A stretch of 61,549 bases of DNA, filler included, from Desulfobacterales bacterium (GTDB taxonomy: Bacteria; Desulfobacterota; Desulfobacteria; Desulfobacterales; Desulfatibacillaceae), in NCBI GenBank assembly GCA_020057225.1. It is 4 parts of 4 records of this genome, joined end to end, with 100 filler letters (N's around TTAATTAATTAA, not from the genome) between each part and the next. Parts side by side here need not be neighbours in the genome. Positions count along the whole stretch, not along the records: positions 1 to 22,921 come from JAGVGH010000200.1; positions 23,022 to 43,471 come from JAGVGH010000180.1; 2 more parts are not named here. One strand, given 5' to 3'. Below the pieces are notes generated by a model that was not told where the DNA came from, did no database searches, and worked only from the letters and a program-made list of their open reading frames with translations. The position numbers and the translations under genes are program-made. Positions 18,625-28,133 of this stretch are shown here, piece after piece (within the stretch, counting starts at the first letter, position 1; each line of letters begins with the position of its first letter).

Positions 18625-18914
18625 GATATCTTTCCGCGGGCAGGTATCCAGAACATGAGCCGTTTGCCTGTCGCTGTTGTTGCTCCAGGGAAGCGCCCCC
18701 AGGCGCGCCTTCTGGCCGAACGCGCGCAGGCCGAGTGCGGCGCCCCCCTTTTCTTTTGGCTTCCCCAGGGCCCAGAAAATCCGGTGTTTGTCACAGCCAC
18801 CTCATAGCAGCGGCGTAACGGCAAGGTTTTTGAGATCAGCCTGGGGTTTCAACCCCAGGACCATGGCACCGACATTATCCGCGCAAAAAGCGCGGATAAT
18901 CCGGACATGGCATC

Positions 18915-19142
18915 TATAGGGCTTTTCATAAATCCGTTCCGATTGATGAAATTGCCGGGTGAACCTGCGCTTCGCGCAGAACCACCCGGGCTACATCATG
19001 ATTTTATAACTGGATTACGGGTAGGTTGGATGGTTCCGCGCGCGCCAAGGACTTATGCCGTGGGAAAAAACATCTTTCGCGCGCGGGTTCACCCAACAAA
19101 TCCCGCCCGCGCAATCGGAAAGGAATTCTGACAACCGCTATA
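18915..19142. mobile_element. MITE-like element with TATAG...CTATA ends enclosing a REP doublet
   Basis: 31-bp imperfect TIRs TATAGGGCTTTTCATAAATCCGTTCCGATTG / CAATCGGAAAGGAATTCTGACAACCGCTATA; GTAG-REP units inside. Confidence 0.65.
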
Positions 19143-19415
19143 TACCCCTGCGGACTGCCCCCCCCCCCGCCGCGTTGGAATCCCGCCAAAGCCTGTTCCC
19201 CGATGCTTGAATCCCCGTGGACATCCGGGCGGATATGGGCTACTTTAGCGCTTTCCGCGGCCGGGGACAGGGACGCTCAGGACCGCGCGGGGAGCGTCCC
19301 GCCTCTCTGCCATCGTGTTGTCCGGTTTTCGGGCGGAGTCCCCGCCGATGCGGATTTCGCTTTGAGCGTCCCCTATTGCGGCGCTCCCCGCCCGTCAGTC
19401 CTTCTGGAGACCGCC

Positions 19416-21851
19416 ATGCGCGACGCCGTGAAACATTGCCTGCCGACCTACGAGGTTCTGAACGCCCTGGGAGAAGGTGTCCATGGCGTGGTTTACCGCG
19501 TGGCTGACGGGCTGAAAGAGCGGGCTGTCAAGGTGGTGCCCCTGCTTGTCGAGCGCTCCGGAGCGTTCCGCAGTTCCACGGACCTGGACTCCAAAATCAG
19601 CCAGGATTTTCACGCGGTAAGGGAATACTACGAAAAGATTGAAGGCCCGGGCGTGCTCAAAATCCACGACTTCCACCTTGTGGACAAAGTGGTCACCGAG
19701 CATAAGGCCAAGGCCCACCTTGTCATCCTCATGGAGATGTGCCCGGACAATCTCCGGGACCATGTGCTCGACCAGGCCGCGCCCCTTGCCCCGGTCCGGG
19801 CGCTCGCCCTGATGGAGGAACTGGCGGGAACCCTGCGCCGTCTTGCGGACGAGTGCGGCGCCACTTACCTGGTGACAGACCTCAAACCGTCAAACCTGCT
19901 GTTCACCGCGTCCGGCGCTCTGGTGATAGGCGATCTGGGCGGGCTGAAGCGGCTTGGAAGCGTGTCCTCCATCGCCAAGGCCCAGTTTACCCCCAACTGG
20001 TCCGCGCCCGAGACCCTCATGCAGGGCGGGGCGCCCACCGTGCCCGCCGCGGTGTATTCCTACGGCCTTGTTTCCTATTTCATCTGGGAAGGCGCGCTTC
20101 CTTACGAGAAACTGGACTTTCTCCAGCGCATCTCCGCCCTGAAGGAAAACGGCGTCACGTTTGCCCGCAAGGACGTTCCCGCCTCCATTCAAAGCCTTAT
20201 CCGCTCCTGTCTGGCCCAGAACCCGGCATGGCGTCCTGCGGGCTTCGGGGAAATTCTCGCGGCCATCGCCCGGGCGCCGGAAGACCCGGAATTCCAGGCG
20301 GCAACAGACGCCCTTGCTGTTTCGCCCGTCCTGGAGAAGGAGGAAGAGGGGACCGTTTTCACCGGTATCGTCCTGGATTACGCCGCGTCAGGGGCCGGGG
20401 AGAAAGAACCGGACAAGGCGCAGGCAGAGGAGGATGAGGAAAGCGGGGCGGACGGGGAGGACGCGGGGGAAAAGGGCCTTTCGGAATTCCTGGCGAGCCT
20501 GGAGCAGGGCAGGGCTGTGGAAAGCCCTTCCGTTGACAGGAGTCCGCCGGCGGACGAGGCGGAGGCTTCCGGGCCTCTTGGGGAAGAAGGCTCCGGGGAG
20601 CGCGGAGGGCCTGTTTTCGGCCTTGTCCTTCCGGACGTGTCCAGCGGAGGAGGGGAGGAGAGCGGGCCGCGCGCTGTGGCGGATGAGCGGGAAGAGGAGG
20701 CCGCGGAAGGACCGGCGGCATCGGAAAGCGCTGTCCTGGAGCGGGAGGGGACGGGAGCGGAGGAAGAGGAAGAAGAGGGACAGGAGGCGGGGGAAGGGCA
20801 AGAAGGAGAGGAGCCGGACGCGGAGGAGGCGGGATGGGACGGGGCGGACAGTGTCCCGGAGGAAGAGGAGACACATCCCCTGCCTGTGCCGGACCAGTCC
20901 GCCGGAGTTTCCTTGGCTGCGGTGGCCGATCCAGTTACGGCGTTGGCAGAGAGCGCCGGGGAAGGAGTCCGCCGGGAGAAAAGTCTGTTGCCGCGCGCGG
21001 ACGCGGGCGGGCGGAGCGCGGAAGCCTTGCCGGAATCCCTGGAGGAGGATCTGGACGAGGTTTTAGGGGAGCAACGCGGGCCGGGGCCAGGGGCAATGAT
21101 TCCTCCGGGCGAGGATTCCTGCGGAGCGCTTTTTTATCCCTCCGGGGACGCCGAGGAGGCTCTGGAACCGGCCAAGGCACCCCGGGTAAGGTGCCCCGGA
21201 TGCGGGAAGGCGAACCGGGTGCCTCCCAGGGCGATGAAAAAACGGGCGCGGTGCCGGAGCTGCGGGGCCCGGCTTTTTGCTCCTCCGGCGCTGCCGTTTG
21301 TCCGGCGTGTCCTTGCCGCGCTCTGCGCCTTTGGCTGGGTTGCGGGCGCTTTGACGGACTGGCTGTTTCCAGGGCCTTTGTTTGCCGGTCCGGCAACCCT
21401 GCCTTTGGGCTGGGCCCTTGCCGGGTTGTGGACGGGTCTGGCCCTGCGCGCGCTTTTGCCTGTTTTTTCCGTCGGACGGATTGCCATGACCGGGGCCGCG
21501 TGGGCGGCGTGCGGGTTTCTTGCCGGGGGACTGGGGCCGTTTTGGCCCTTGGCGTGGTGCCTGGGGGCGCTCATGACCGGGGCTGTTATCCGCGGGGAGT
21601 TTCACGATTTTTCTCCGGAGGAGATCGCGCTACTTTCGCTGGGCTGGACCTGGGGTCTTGTGGCGGGGCTTGCGGCGACCCAGATTCTGTGGACGGGGCT
21701 TGCCGGGGACGGCAGGGCGTCGGACCTGGGTTTTGCGCTGCGGACGGGTCTTATGGAGACCCTGGGCGCGGGCGCGGGTTTGGTGACCCTTGCGTGGCGG
21801 GTCCGGACTCTCAGGACGCGGGGAATGGAAAGGGAGGAACACACGGCCTGA
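19416..21851 (+). CDS. Atypical Hanks-type Ser/Thr kinase with acidic linker, zinc ribbon and C-terminal membrane domain
   Basis: LGEGVHGVVY, AVK, DLKPSN, DLG, APE; CPGC-x16-CRSC; several hydrophobic helices; GGAG RBS before ATG 19416. Confidence 0.85.
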   Translation: MRDAVKHCLPTYEVLNALGEGVHGVVYRVADGLKERAVKVVPLLVERSGAFRSSTDLDSKISQDFHAVREYYEKIEGPGVLKIHDFHLVDKVVTEHKAKAHLVILMEMCPDNLRDHVLDQAAPLAPVRALALMEELAGTLRRLADECGATYLVTDLKPSNLLFTASGALVIGDLGGLKRLGSVSSIAKAQFTPNWSAPETLMQGGAPTVPAAVYSYGLVSYFIWEGALPYEKLDFLQRISALKENGVTFARKDVPASIQSLIRSCLAQNPAWRPAGFGEILAAIARAPEDPEFQAATDALAVSPVLEKEEEGTVFTGIVLDYAASGAGEKEPDKAQAEEDEESGADGEDAGEKGLSEFLASLEQGRAVESPSVDRSPPADEAEASGPLGEEGSGERGGPVFGLVLPDVSSGGGEESGPRAVADEREEEAAEGPAASESAVLEREGTGAEEEEEEGQEAGEGQEGEEPDAEEAGWDGADSVPEEEETHPLPVPDQSAGVSLAAVADPVTALAESAGEGVRREKSLLPRADAGGRSAEALPESLEEDLDEVLGEQRGPGPGAMIPPGEDSCGALFYPSGDAEEALEPAKAPRVRCPGCGKANRVPPRAMKKRARCRSCGARLFAPPALPFVRRVLAALCAFGWVAGALTDWLFPGPLFAGPATLPLGWALAGLWTGLALRALLPVFSVGRIAMTGAAWAACGFLAGGLGPFWPLAWCLGALMTGAVIRGEFHDFSPEEIALLSLGWTWGLVAGLAATQILWTGLAGDGRASDLGFALRTGLMETLGAGAGLVTLAWRVRTLRTRGMEREEHTA

Positions 21852-21915
21852 TCTGGCGGAGCGGCACAGTCAGGCGCTAACCTCTATAATGATTTACAAA
21901 ATAATGGAATCCGTC

Positions 21916-22081
21916 GAGGTAATTGCAAAACTCTTAGAAACGACAAATTTGAGACAGGCCGACTGGTTCCGCCCGAAGGGCAGATTCACCCAACATCTTG
22001 GAATAATGATATAATTGTTGGGTGAACCCGGGCCTCGCGGCCCGGAACCACCCAACCTACGCCTCATTTTGCAATTACCTC
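21916..22081. mobile_element. MITE (166 bp) with perfect 15-bp TIR enclosing a REP doublet
   Basis: GAGGTAATTGCAAAA ... TTTTGCAATTACCTC; related copies at 28819, 36307, 54316, 54611, 60080, 61452. Confidence 0.8.
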
Positions 22082-22121
22082 ACCAAAGTAGAATTAGACT
22101 TTAGAGTTTAGCGCCCGGTTC

Positions 22122-22700
22122 CTAATGCCTCTCAAGCACCGCGGCACGGGAAAACCGGACGCGGGGCCGGCAGCGCTCGCAAAAGCCCGCGGCAAGGGCG
22201 GCGGAAAGCTCCTTCTCAAACGTGTCTTCCCCCACGTGCAGGCCCGGTTCCGCGATAAAAAAACTCCCGCCCGGTTCAAGAGCGCTGTAAACATCCGCAA
22301 AAAAGGCCGCAAGGTCCGGCACCTCATGGACCATCCAAAACGCGAGGGCGAAACCCGCCTTGCGGGGCAGGTTAAGTCTGTCGGAACCGCTCAAATGCGG
22401 ATGGATTCTCTCCCGCACACCGGCCCGCTCCGCGCGCCGCAGAACCATGGCCAGCATTTTTTCCTGCAGGTCCACGGACACCACGGCGCCCTTTTCCCCC
22501 ACCATGCCCGCCATGGCGATGGAGAAATAGCCCATGCCGCAGCCGATATCCAAAACCGTCATGCCCTGGCCCACCCACAGGTCCAGCATAAGCTCCGGAT
22601 TGTGGAAAAGGCGCCGAAGTTTGTTGTCAAAGGTGTAGGCCATCCACCAGGGGCACACATGCCCTTCCCGGTCCCATAGATTTTTAAGGCGGAAACTCAT
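22122..22700 (-). CDS. Class I SAM-dependent methyltransferase
   Basis: VLDIGCGMGYFS, VDLQEKML, HEVPD, L.PGG. Confidence 0.9.
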   Translation of the reverse strand: MSFRLKNLWDREGHVCPWWMAYTFDNKLRRLFHNPELMLDLWVGQGMTVLDIGCGMGYFSIAMAGMVGEKGAVVSVDLQEKMLAMVLRRAERAGVRERIHPHLSGSDRLNLPRKAGFALAFWMVHEVPDLAAFFADVYSALEPGGSFFIAEPGLHVGEDTFEKELSAALAAGFCERCRPRVRFSRAAVLERH

Positions 22701-22768
22701 GGCGCAATCCTGTGTTAGGAGTTAGTACTACTCCGATAGATAGGCATTTCCGAAACAAAGGATATTCC

Positions 22769-22899
22769 GCTCCGAAGGAGCGGAGGGCCGTAGCCTGGGC
22801 CTTCAGGCCCAGGAATATCGTGAAGAAACAGGCTAATTATCGTTTTCGCCGCAAACCTGGGGCTAAAGCCCAGGCTACAACCCTTCGCCCCTTCGGGGC
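22769..22899. repeat. Long inverted-repeat element built from AGCCTGGG-N-CCCAGG palindromes
   Basis: CCGAAGGAGCGGAGGG..GTAGCCTGGGC...GCCCAGGCTAC..CCCTTCGCCCCTTCGG; single units at 18838-18859, 28794-28815, 54235-54254. Confidence 0.7.
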
Positions 22900-22921
22900 G
22901 GGAACCTGCGGCATAGCTGTC

Positions 22922-23021
22922 NNNNNNNNNNNNNNNNNNNNNNNNNNNNNNNNNNNNNNNNNNNNTTAATTAATTAANNNNNNNNNNNNNNNNNNNNNNN
23001 NNNNNNNNNNNNNNNNNNNNN
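22922..23021. other. Assembly gap with artificial linker
   Basis: N run - TTAATTAATTAA - N run. Confidence 0.98.
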
Positions 23022-23108
23022 ATTTTCCAGATCGCCGACGTGGGCATCGTCGGCAACATCCTTGAGTACATCCCCGCCCTTGCTGAAAAAATCCAGGAAG
23101 GCAAGTAG
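23022..23108 (+). CDS. etfA: Electron transfer flavoprotein alpha subunit, C-terminal fragment (cut by gap)
   Basis: Translates IFQIADVGIVGNILEYIPALAEKIQEGK*, matching the EtfA/FixB terminal motif; upstream of an acyl-CoA dehydrogenase. Confidence 0.8.
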   Translation: MFQIADVGIVGNILEYIPALAEKIQEGK

Positions 23109-23314
23109 TCAAAGGGGAGTGGGCGCGAAAGCTGTTGTGCGTCCGGGATGAAATGTGGTAAACCCTGACGGGGCGAAAGGACGGGGCGGCCTTTGGCGAG
23201 GCCGCCCTTGACACGCTGTGTGGAAACGCGGCCGCCCAGGCCGGTGTTTCAGACGGCGTGCCATGGTTTTACAGGCGTTAAACCAGGGGTTTACCAAAAC
23301 AAGAGGAGCAGGAA

Positions 23315-24469
23315 ATGGATTTTGAACTGAATAAATCCCAACTGGAAATCCAGAAGGCGGCGCGCGAGTTTGCCAAGGGCGAGTTTGACATGGAGCTTGC
23401 CCGGGAACTGGACACCAAACACGAGTATCCCACCAAGATTTGGAAGAAGGCCGCGGAACTCGGCTTCATCGGCATCCACTATCCGGAGGCCTACGAGGGC
23501 CAGGGCCTTGGCTGCTTCGAGAACATTCTCGTGGCCGAGGAGTTCTGCCGCGCGGACTCCGGCATCGGCGCGTGCCTGATTCTCGCGAGCTTCGCGTCGG
23601 AGTGCATTTTGCGTTTTGGCACGGACGCGCAGAAGAAAAAATGCCTGCCGCCCGTGGCGCTTGGGAAAACCCTTTCCGCAGGCTGCTTCACCGAGCCGGG
23701 ACATGGCTCCGACATCACGAGCCTGGACACCACGGCCGTCAAAGACGGCAACGACTGGGTCATCAACGGCGTCAAGACCTTCATCACCAACGGCGGCATG
23801 GCCGGCTATTTCGTGGTGCTCTGCCAGACCGATCCGGCCGCGGACCCCAAATACCGGGGCATCTCGATGATTCTTGTCGAGGCCGACCGCGCGGGCGTGA
23901 GCACCACCAGCGTGGGCGACAAGATGGGCATCCGGATGATGAACACGGCGGAAGTGGTGTTCAAGGATGTGCGCGTGCCCCTGGACAACCTCATCGGCAA
24001 AGAGGGCAAGGGATTTTACCAAGTGCTCGAGTTTTTTGACGAGAGCCGCATTCTCATCGCGGCCCAGGCGCTGGGAACAGCCCAGGGCGCGTTTGAAAAG
24101 GCGCTCGAGTATGTCAAGCAGCGGGAGCAGTTTGGGAAGAAACTCGCCCAGTTCCAGATTACCCAGCACAAGCTGGCCGACATGGCCACCAAAATCGAGC
24201 TGGCGCGGCTCATGGTGTATAAAGCCGCTTGGAACTACGACCAGGGCCGGATTGATCCCAAGCTGACCTCCATGGCCAAGATGTTTGCCGCGCGCACAGC
24301 GGTGGAAGTGGCGGACGAGGCCATTCAGCTTCTGGGCGGCTACGGATACATGGTGGAGTACGACGTGGAGCGGTTCTACCGCGACGCCAAGATCACCGAG
24401 ATTTACGAGGGAACCAAAGAGATTCAGAAGAACACCATTGCCAGCGCGCTGATCGGGAAGCTCAAGTAG
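23315..24469 (+). CDS. Acyl-CoA dehydrogenase
   Basis: FTEPGHGSD, NGVKTFITNG, KMG, REQFG, GGYGY, YRDAKITEIYEGT with catalytic Glu. Confidence 0.95.
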   Translation: MDFELNKSQLEIQKAAREFAKGEFDMELARELDTKHEYPTKIWKKAAELGFIGIHYPEAYEGQGLGCFENILVAEEFCRADSGIGACLILASFASECILRFGTDAQKKKCLPPVALGKTLSAGCFTEPGHGSDITSLDTTAVKDGNDWVINGVKTFITNGGMAGYFVVLCQTDPAADPKYRGISMILVEADRAGVSTTSVGDKMGIRMMNTAEVVFKDVRVPLDNLIGKEGKGFYQVLEFFDESRILIAAQALGTAQGAFEKALEYVKQREQFGKKLAQFQITQHKLADMATKIELARLMVYKAAWNYDQGRIDPKLTSMAKMFAARTAVEVADEAIQLLGGYGYMVEYDVERFYRDAKITEIYEGTKEIQKNTIASALIGKLK

Positions 24470-24501
24470 GCTGGCAAAGGAGAGGATTGTTTGCTGTGAA
24501 G

Positions 24502-24528
24502 GCGCCCCCGAAAGGGGGCGCTTTTTTT
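24502..24528 (+). terminator. Rho-independent terminator
   Basis: GCGCCCCC-GAAA-GGGGGCGC followed by T7. Confidence 0.9.
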
Positions 24529-24545
24529 GCATGCGGCCAGCCTGG

Positions 24546-24649
24546 CTATTCAGACAAGGTATGCCCTCAGCCCGACCTTTTCCCACAAGGAGAGGGATAT
24601 TGAGCGGGAGCTTTCAGCAGGTGTTACGGATTGGGCCGCATTTTGGTAT
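24546..24649. repeat. Dispersed ~105-bp repeat (inverted copy of 60471-60580)
   Basis: Shared CCAATCCGTAACACCTGCTGAAAGCTCCCGCTCAAT core and CCCTCA.CCCG.CC.T.TCCC motif. Confidence 0.8.
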
Positions 24650-24765
24650 AAAAGCTCCTTGTCCAGCGTCCCGGTCTGCGAAAGCCCGTTGGCCTTCTGA
24701 TACGCCATGACCCCGGCCGCTGTCCCAGGCCCCGCCACACCGTCCACCCCCATCTTGTAATACCC
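24650..24765 (-). pseudogene. Peptidoglycan-binding domain (PG_binding_1-like) remnant
   Basis: Reads GYYKMGVDGVAGPGTAAGVMAYQKANGLSQTGTLDKEL, then runs into a repeat element; no intact 5' part. Confidence 0.6.
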
Positions 24766-24799
24766 CCGGCCCCCACCCCCGCGTCCCCTCCGGGCGCCT

Positions 24800-25450
24800 T
24801 TAGAGCACCAGCCTTCGGGAAACCGAGCGGACTATCTCCGCGGGATCGTCCATCACCTCGATGATGTCCATGTCCTGCGGCGAGATCCGCTTTTGGGCGA
24901 CCAGGGTGTCCTTGATCCATGTGACCAGCCCGCCCCAGAATTCGCTTCCCACCAGAATCACGGAAAAGGGCTTGATGCGCCTGGTCTGGATGAGGGTCAC
25001 CGCCTCGAAGAGCTCGTCCAGGGTTCCGAAGCCGCCCGGCATGACGATGTAGGCCAGGGAATATTTGACGAACATGACCTTGCGGACAAAGAAGTATTTG
25101 AACTCAAGGCGCACGTTGGCGTACTTGTTGGGTTCCTGCTCAAAGGGAAGCTGGATGTTGAGTCCCGCGGAGATGCCTCCCGCTTTTCGCGCGCCCTTGT
25201 TGGCGGCCTCCATGATGCCGCCTCCGCCGCCGGTGATGACGGCGAAGTTGTTTTGGACGCACCGGGCCGCGATGTCCTCGGCCTTTTGATAATAGGGGTC
25301 GGCGGCGGTGAGGCGTGCCGAGCCGAAAATGCTCACGGCGGGCCCCACGTCGTGGAGGGTTTCCACCGCCTCGACCAATTCACCCATGATCCGGAAAACA
25401 CGCCACGACTCCTCTTTCCGGAAATCATCAATAAGGTATTGCTTTTCCAT
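24800..25450 (-). CDS. LOG family (TIGR00730-type Rossmann fold) nucleotide phosphoribohydrolase
   Basis: SIFGSAR, TGGGGGIMEAANKGA, FFVRKVMF, PGGFGTLDE. Confidence 0.93.
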   Translation of the reverse strand: MEKQYLIDDFRKEESWRVFRIMGELVEAVETLHDVGPAVSIFGSARLTAADPYYQKAEDIAARCVQNNFAVITGGGGGIMEAANKGARKAGGISAGLNIQLPFEQEPNKYANVRLEFKYFFVRKVMFVKYSLAYIVMPGGFGTLDELFEAVTLIQTRRIKPFSVILVGSEFWGGLVTWIKDTLVAQKRISPQDMDIIEVMDDPAEIVRSVSRRLVL

Positions 25451-25462
25451 AATCCTCCCCCC

Positions 25463-26104
25463 TCACTCCGCGCAGGGAAAACGCTCCGCCACAGGCAAAT
25501 GCCGGTCCAGCCATTTCTCCACCTTGGCGAACTCGACCACAAACTCCGAAAGCGCCCTGCCCCGGTGGCTCACCTGGTTCTTCTCCTCCCGCGAAAGCTC
25601 CGCAAAACTCTTGCCCAAAGGCGGATAGTAAAACACCGGGTCATACCCAAACCCGTTTTCCCCCCTTGGCTCCTCCAAAATCTCCCCTTCGCACCGGGCC
25701 TCCCATGTGAGCGCCGGGCCTCCCGGAACCGCCAGGGAGAGCACGCACACAAAGGCCGCCCGTCTGTCGGTTTTCCCCCGCATGGCCTCCAGAAGCAAAC
25801 GGCATCTCTCCATGTCGGTCAGGCCCGGACCCCCGTACCGCGCGGAATGGACTCCTGGCAGCCCTCCCAAAGCCTCCACCGTCAGCCCCGAGTCATCCGC
25901 CAGGGCCGGAAATCCCAAAACCCGCGCGGTCCAGCTTGATTTTTTATACGCGTTGTCGTCAAAGGTCTCCCCGTCCTCCTCCACCTCCGGAACCGGCCCG
26001 AAATCCCCCAGGTCCCGCACCTCCACCGGACGCCCGGACAAAAGCGCCCGCATCTCCCCGGTTTTTCCCGCGTTCCGCGTGGCCAGCACAATTATCCGCC
26101 TCAT
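25463..26104 (-). CDS. rdgB: dITP/XTP pyrophosphatase (Ham1 family)
   Basis: LATRNAGK, ADDSGL, PGVHSARY, GFGYDPVF, KN.VSHR. Confidence 0.95.
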   Translation of the reverse strand: MRRIIVLATRNAGKTGEMRALLSGRPVEVRDLGDFGPVPEVEEDGETFDDNAYKKSSWTARVLGFPALADDSGLTVEALGGLPGVHSARYGGPGLTDMERCRLLLEAMRGKTDRRAAFVCVLSLAVPGGPALTWEARCEGEILEEPRGENGFGYDPVFYYPPLGKSFAELSREEKNQVSHRGRALSEFVVEFAKVEKWLDRHLPVAERFPCAE

Positions 26105-26276
26105 GCGCCCCCCCTTTTCGCCCTTTCCGCGCCTCTCTCCAGAGCCGCCTGAAAAACCCGTCCTTTCGCGGCCTTTTGGCCTTTACACATAGTATGCCCT
26201 CGTATATGAATTACGCGCAAATTGCAACGGAACGGCCTTGCCGCCGTCAGGACTTCCAAACCCCAAGGATGACACC

Positions 26277-28130
26277 ATGCATAAACTCCTAGTGGACGAA
26301 CCCGGAAAGCGGATGTTTCTCCTCGGCAACGAGGCAATCGCCCGGGGAGCTGTGGAGGCCGGAATATCCTGCGCCACCACCTATCCCGGCACGCCCTCGT
26401 CGGAAATCTCCCTCGCCTTTTTCCAGATGGCCCCGGAAAACGGCCTGGTCTTCGAATACTCCGTCAATGAGAAAACCGCGCTGGAAGTGGCCGCGGCCGC
26501 GGCCAACTCCGGGGTGCGGGCGCTATGCGTGATGAAGCACGTGGGCGTCAACGTTGCCGCGGACGCGCTCATGACATTGGCGTATATCGGCGTCCGGGGC
26601 GGACTGGTGCTGTTGACCGCGGACGATCCCTACATGTTCTCGAGCCAGAACGAGCAGGACAACCGCTATTACGCGAGGCTTTCCGGGCTTCCCATGCTCG
26701 AGCCCTCGTCCGGGGACGAGGCCCGGCGCATGGTGGCGGACGCTTTTGATCTTTCCGAGCGTCTGGGCCTTCCGGTTTTGCTGCGGACCACCACGCGGAT
26801 CAACCACTCCACGGAGCCTGTGACCCTTGGGGAAATCCGGGAGAGGAAATCCCTGGGGGAATTTAAGAAAGACCCCTTCCGCTACGTGGCCGTGCCCGCG
26901 GTGAGCCGGCGCCTGCACACCCGGCTTCTGCAACAGGAGGCCCTGGCCCTGGCCCTGGCCAACGCGTCCCCCTGGAACGCCATCACAGGCGCGGGACGCT
27001 TCGGCATTGTCGCCAACGGCGTGAGCCACAACTACGTCATGGACGCCCTGGCAGACCTGGGTATTGCGGACCAGTGCTCTGTCCTTCGCCCGGGCTTTGT
27101 CAACCCCTTCCCCAAAGACCTTGTCCGGCGCTTTCTATCGGGTGTTGACAAGGTGCTGGTGGTGGAGGAGGGCGAGCCGTTCTTAGAGGAGGCGGTCCAG
27201 GCCGCCGCCCAAACCGCGGGATTCACCGGGAAAATCGCGGGCAAAGGACTCGGCCTTTTCTCCAGGGAAGGGGAATTCGACCCGGCCATGGTCCGCCAGA
27301 CGCTGGCCTCCTATTTTGAAATCCCTTACACCCGGCCCGCGCTTCTGGATGTCTCGGACACGCCGGAAATCCCCGCCCGGCCCCCCAACCTCTGCGCGGG
27401 ATGCGGGCACCGCGCCGCGTTTTACGAGGTGCGCGAGGCCGCGGGACCGGATGTCATCCACCCCACGGATATCGGCTGCTACACCCTTGGTCTGCTGCCG
27501 CCCCTGTCCGCCGCGGATTTCCTCATCTGCATGGGCTCCAGCGTCGGCACTTCCTGCGGGTTCTCCCGGTTCACCGACCGAAAAGTCATCGCCTACATCG
27601 GCGACTCGACCTTCTTCCACTCGGGAATCCCGGGGCTGGTCAACGCGGTTTTCAACCGCCACAACTTCACCCTGGTGATTCTGGACAACGGAACAACAGC
27701 CATGACCGGCCACCAGCCCCACCCGGGCGTGGACATGGAGGCCCTGGGCAAGACAGGATACGGCAGGGTGTCCATCGAGGCGGTGGTGCGGGGCGTGGGA
27801 GTCGGGCACGTCACGGTCATCAATCCCTATAAAGTGAAAAAAAGCATCGAGGCCGTGCGCGAGGCCATTCAATACAAAGGCGTCTCGGTCATCATCGCGC
27901 GGCAGCCCTGCGTGCTCTTTGCCAGGGCGCTCAAAGCCCCCAAACGCAAACCGTTCCGCGTGACGGACAAGTGCAACAACCACAGGCTTTGCGTGGACAG
28001 GCTGGGATGCCCCGCCATGGTTGTCGAGGCGGGCAAGGTGCGCATCAACGCCCTGCAGTGTACCGGCTGCGCGGTGTGCGCCCAGATTTGCCCGGAACAC
28101 GCCATTTTGCCGGTGGAAGGGGAGGAATAA
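26277..28130 (+). CDS. iorA: Indolepyruvate:ferredoxin oxidoreductase alpha subunit
   Basis: LLGNEAIARG, YPGTPSSE, MKHVG.NVAAD, SSQNEQD, RPP.LC.GC.HR, GDSTFFHSG, C-terminal ferredoxin CTGCAVCAQICP. Confidence 0.95.
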   Translation: MHKLLVDEPGKRMFLLGNEAIARGAVEAGISCATTYPGTPSSEISLAFFQMAPENGLVFEYSVNEKTALEVAAAAANSGVRALCVMKHVGVNVAADALMTLAYIGVRGGLVLLTADDPYMFSSQNEQDNRYYARLSGLPMLEPSSGDEARRMVADAFDLSERLGLPVLLRTTTRINHSTEPVTLGEIRERKSLGEFKKDPFRYVAVPAVSRRLHTRLLQQEALALALANASPWNAITGAGRFGIVANGVSHNYVMDALADLGIADQCSVLRPGFVNPFPKDLVRRFLSGVDKVLVVEEGEPFLEEAVQAAAQTAGFTGKIAGKGLGLFSREGEFDPAMVRQTLASYFEIPYTRPALLDVSDTPEIPARPPNLCAGCGHRAAFYEVREAAGPDVIHPTDIGCYTLGLLPPLSAADFLICMGSSVGTSCGFSRFTDRKVIAYIGDSTFFHSGIPGLVNAVFNRHNFTLVILDNGTTAMTGHQPHPGVDMEALGKTGYGRVSIEAVVRGVGVGHVTVINPYKVKKSIEAVREAIQYKGVSVIIARQPCVLFARALKAPKRKPFRVTDKCNNHRLCVDRLGCPAMVVEAGKVRINALQCTGCAVCAQICPEHAILPVEGEE

Positions 28131-28133
28131 GAC

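Noticed and set aside
19026..19415. 130-aa N-terminal extension of the kinase ORF
   Set aside because: It begins inside a REP/MITE; an RBS and kinase subdomain I point to ATG 19416.
22966..22977. TTAATTAATTAA palindrome, also in the other two gaps
   Set aside because: Artificial all-frame-stop linker within N padding; not biological.
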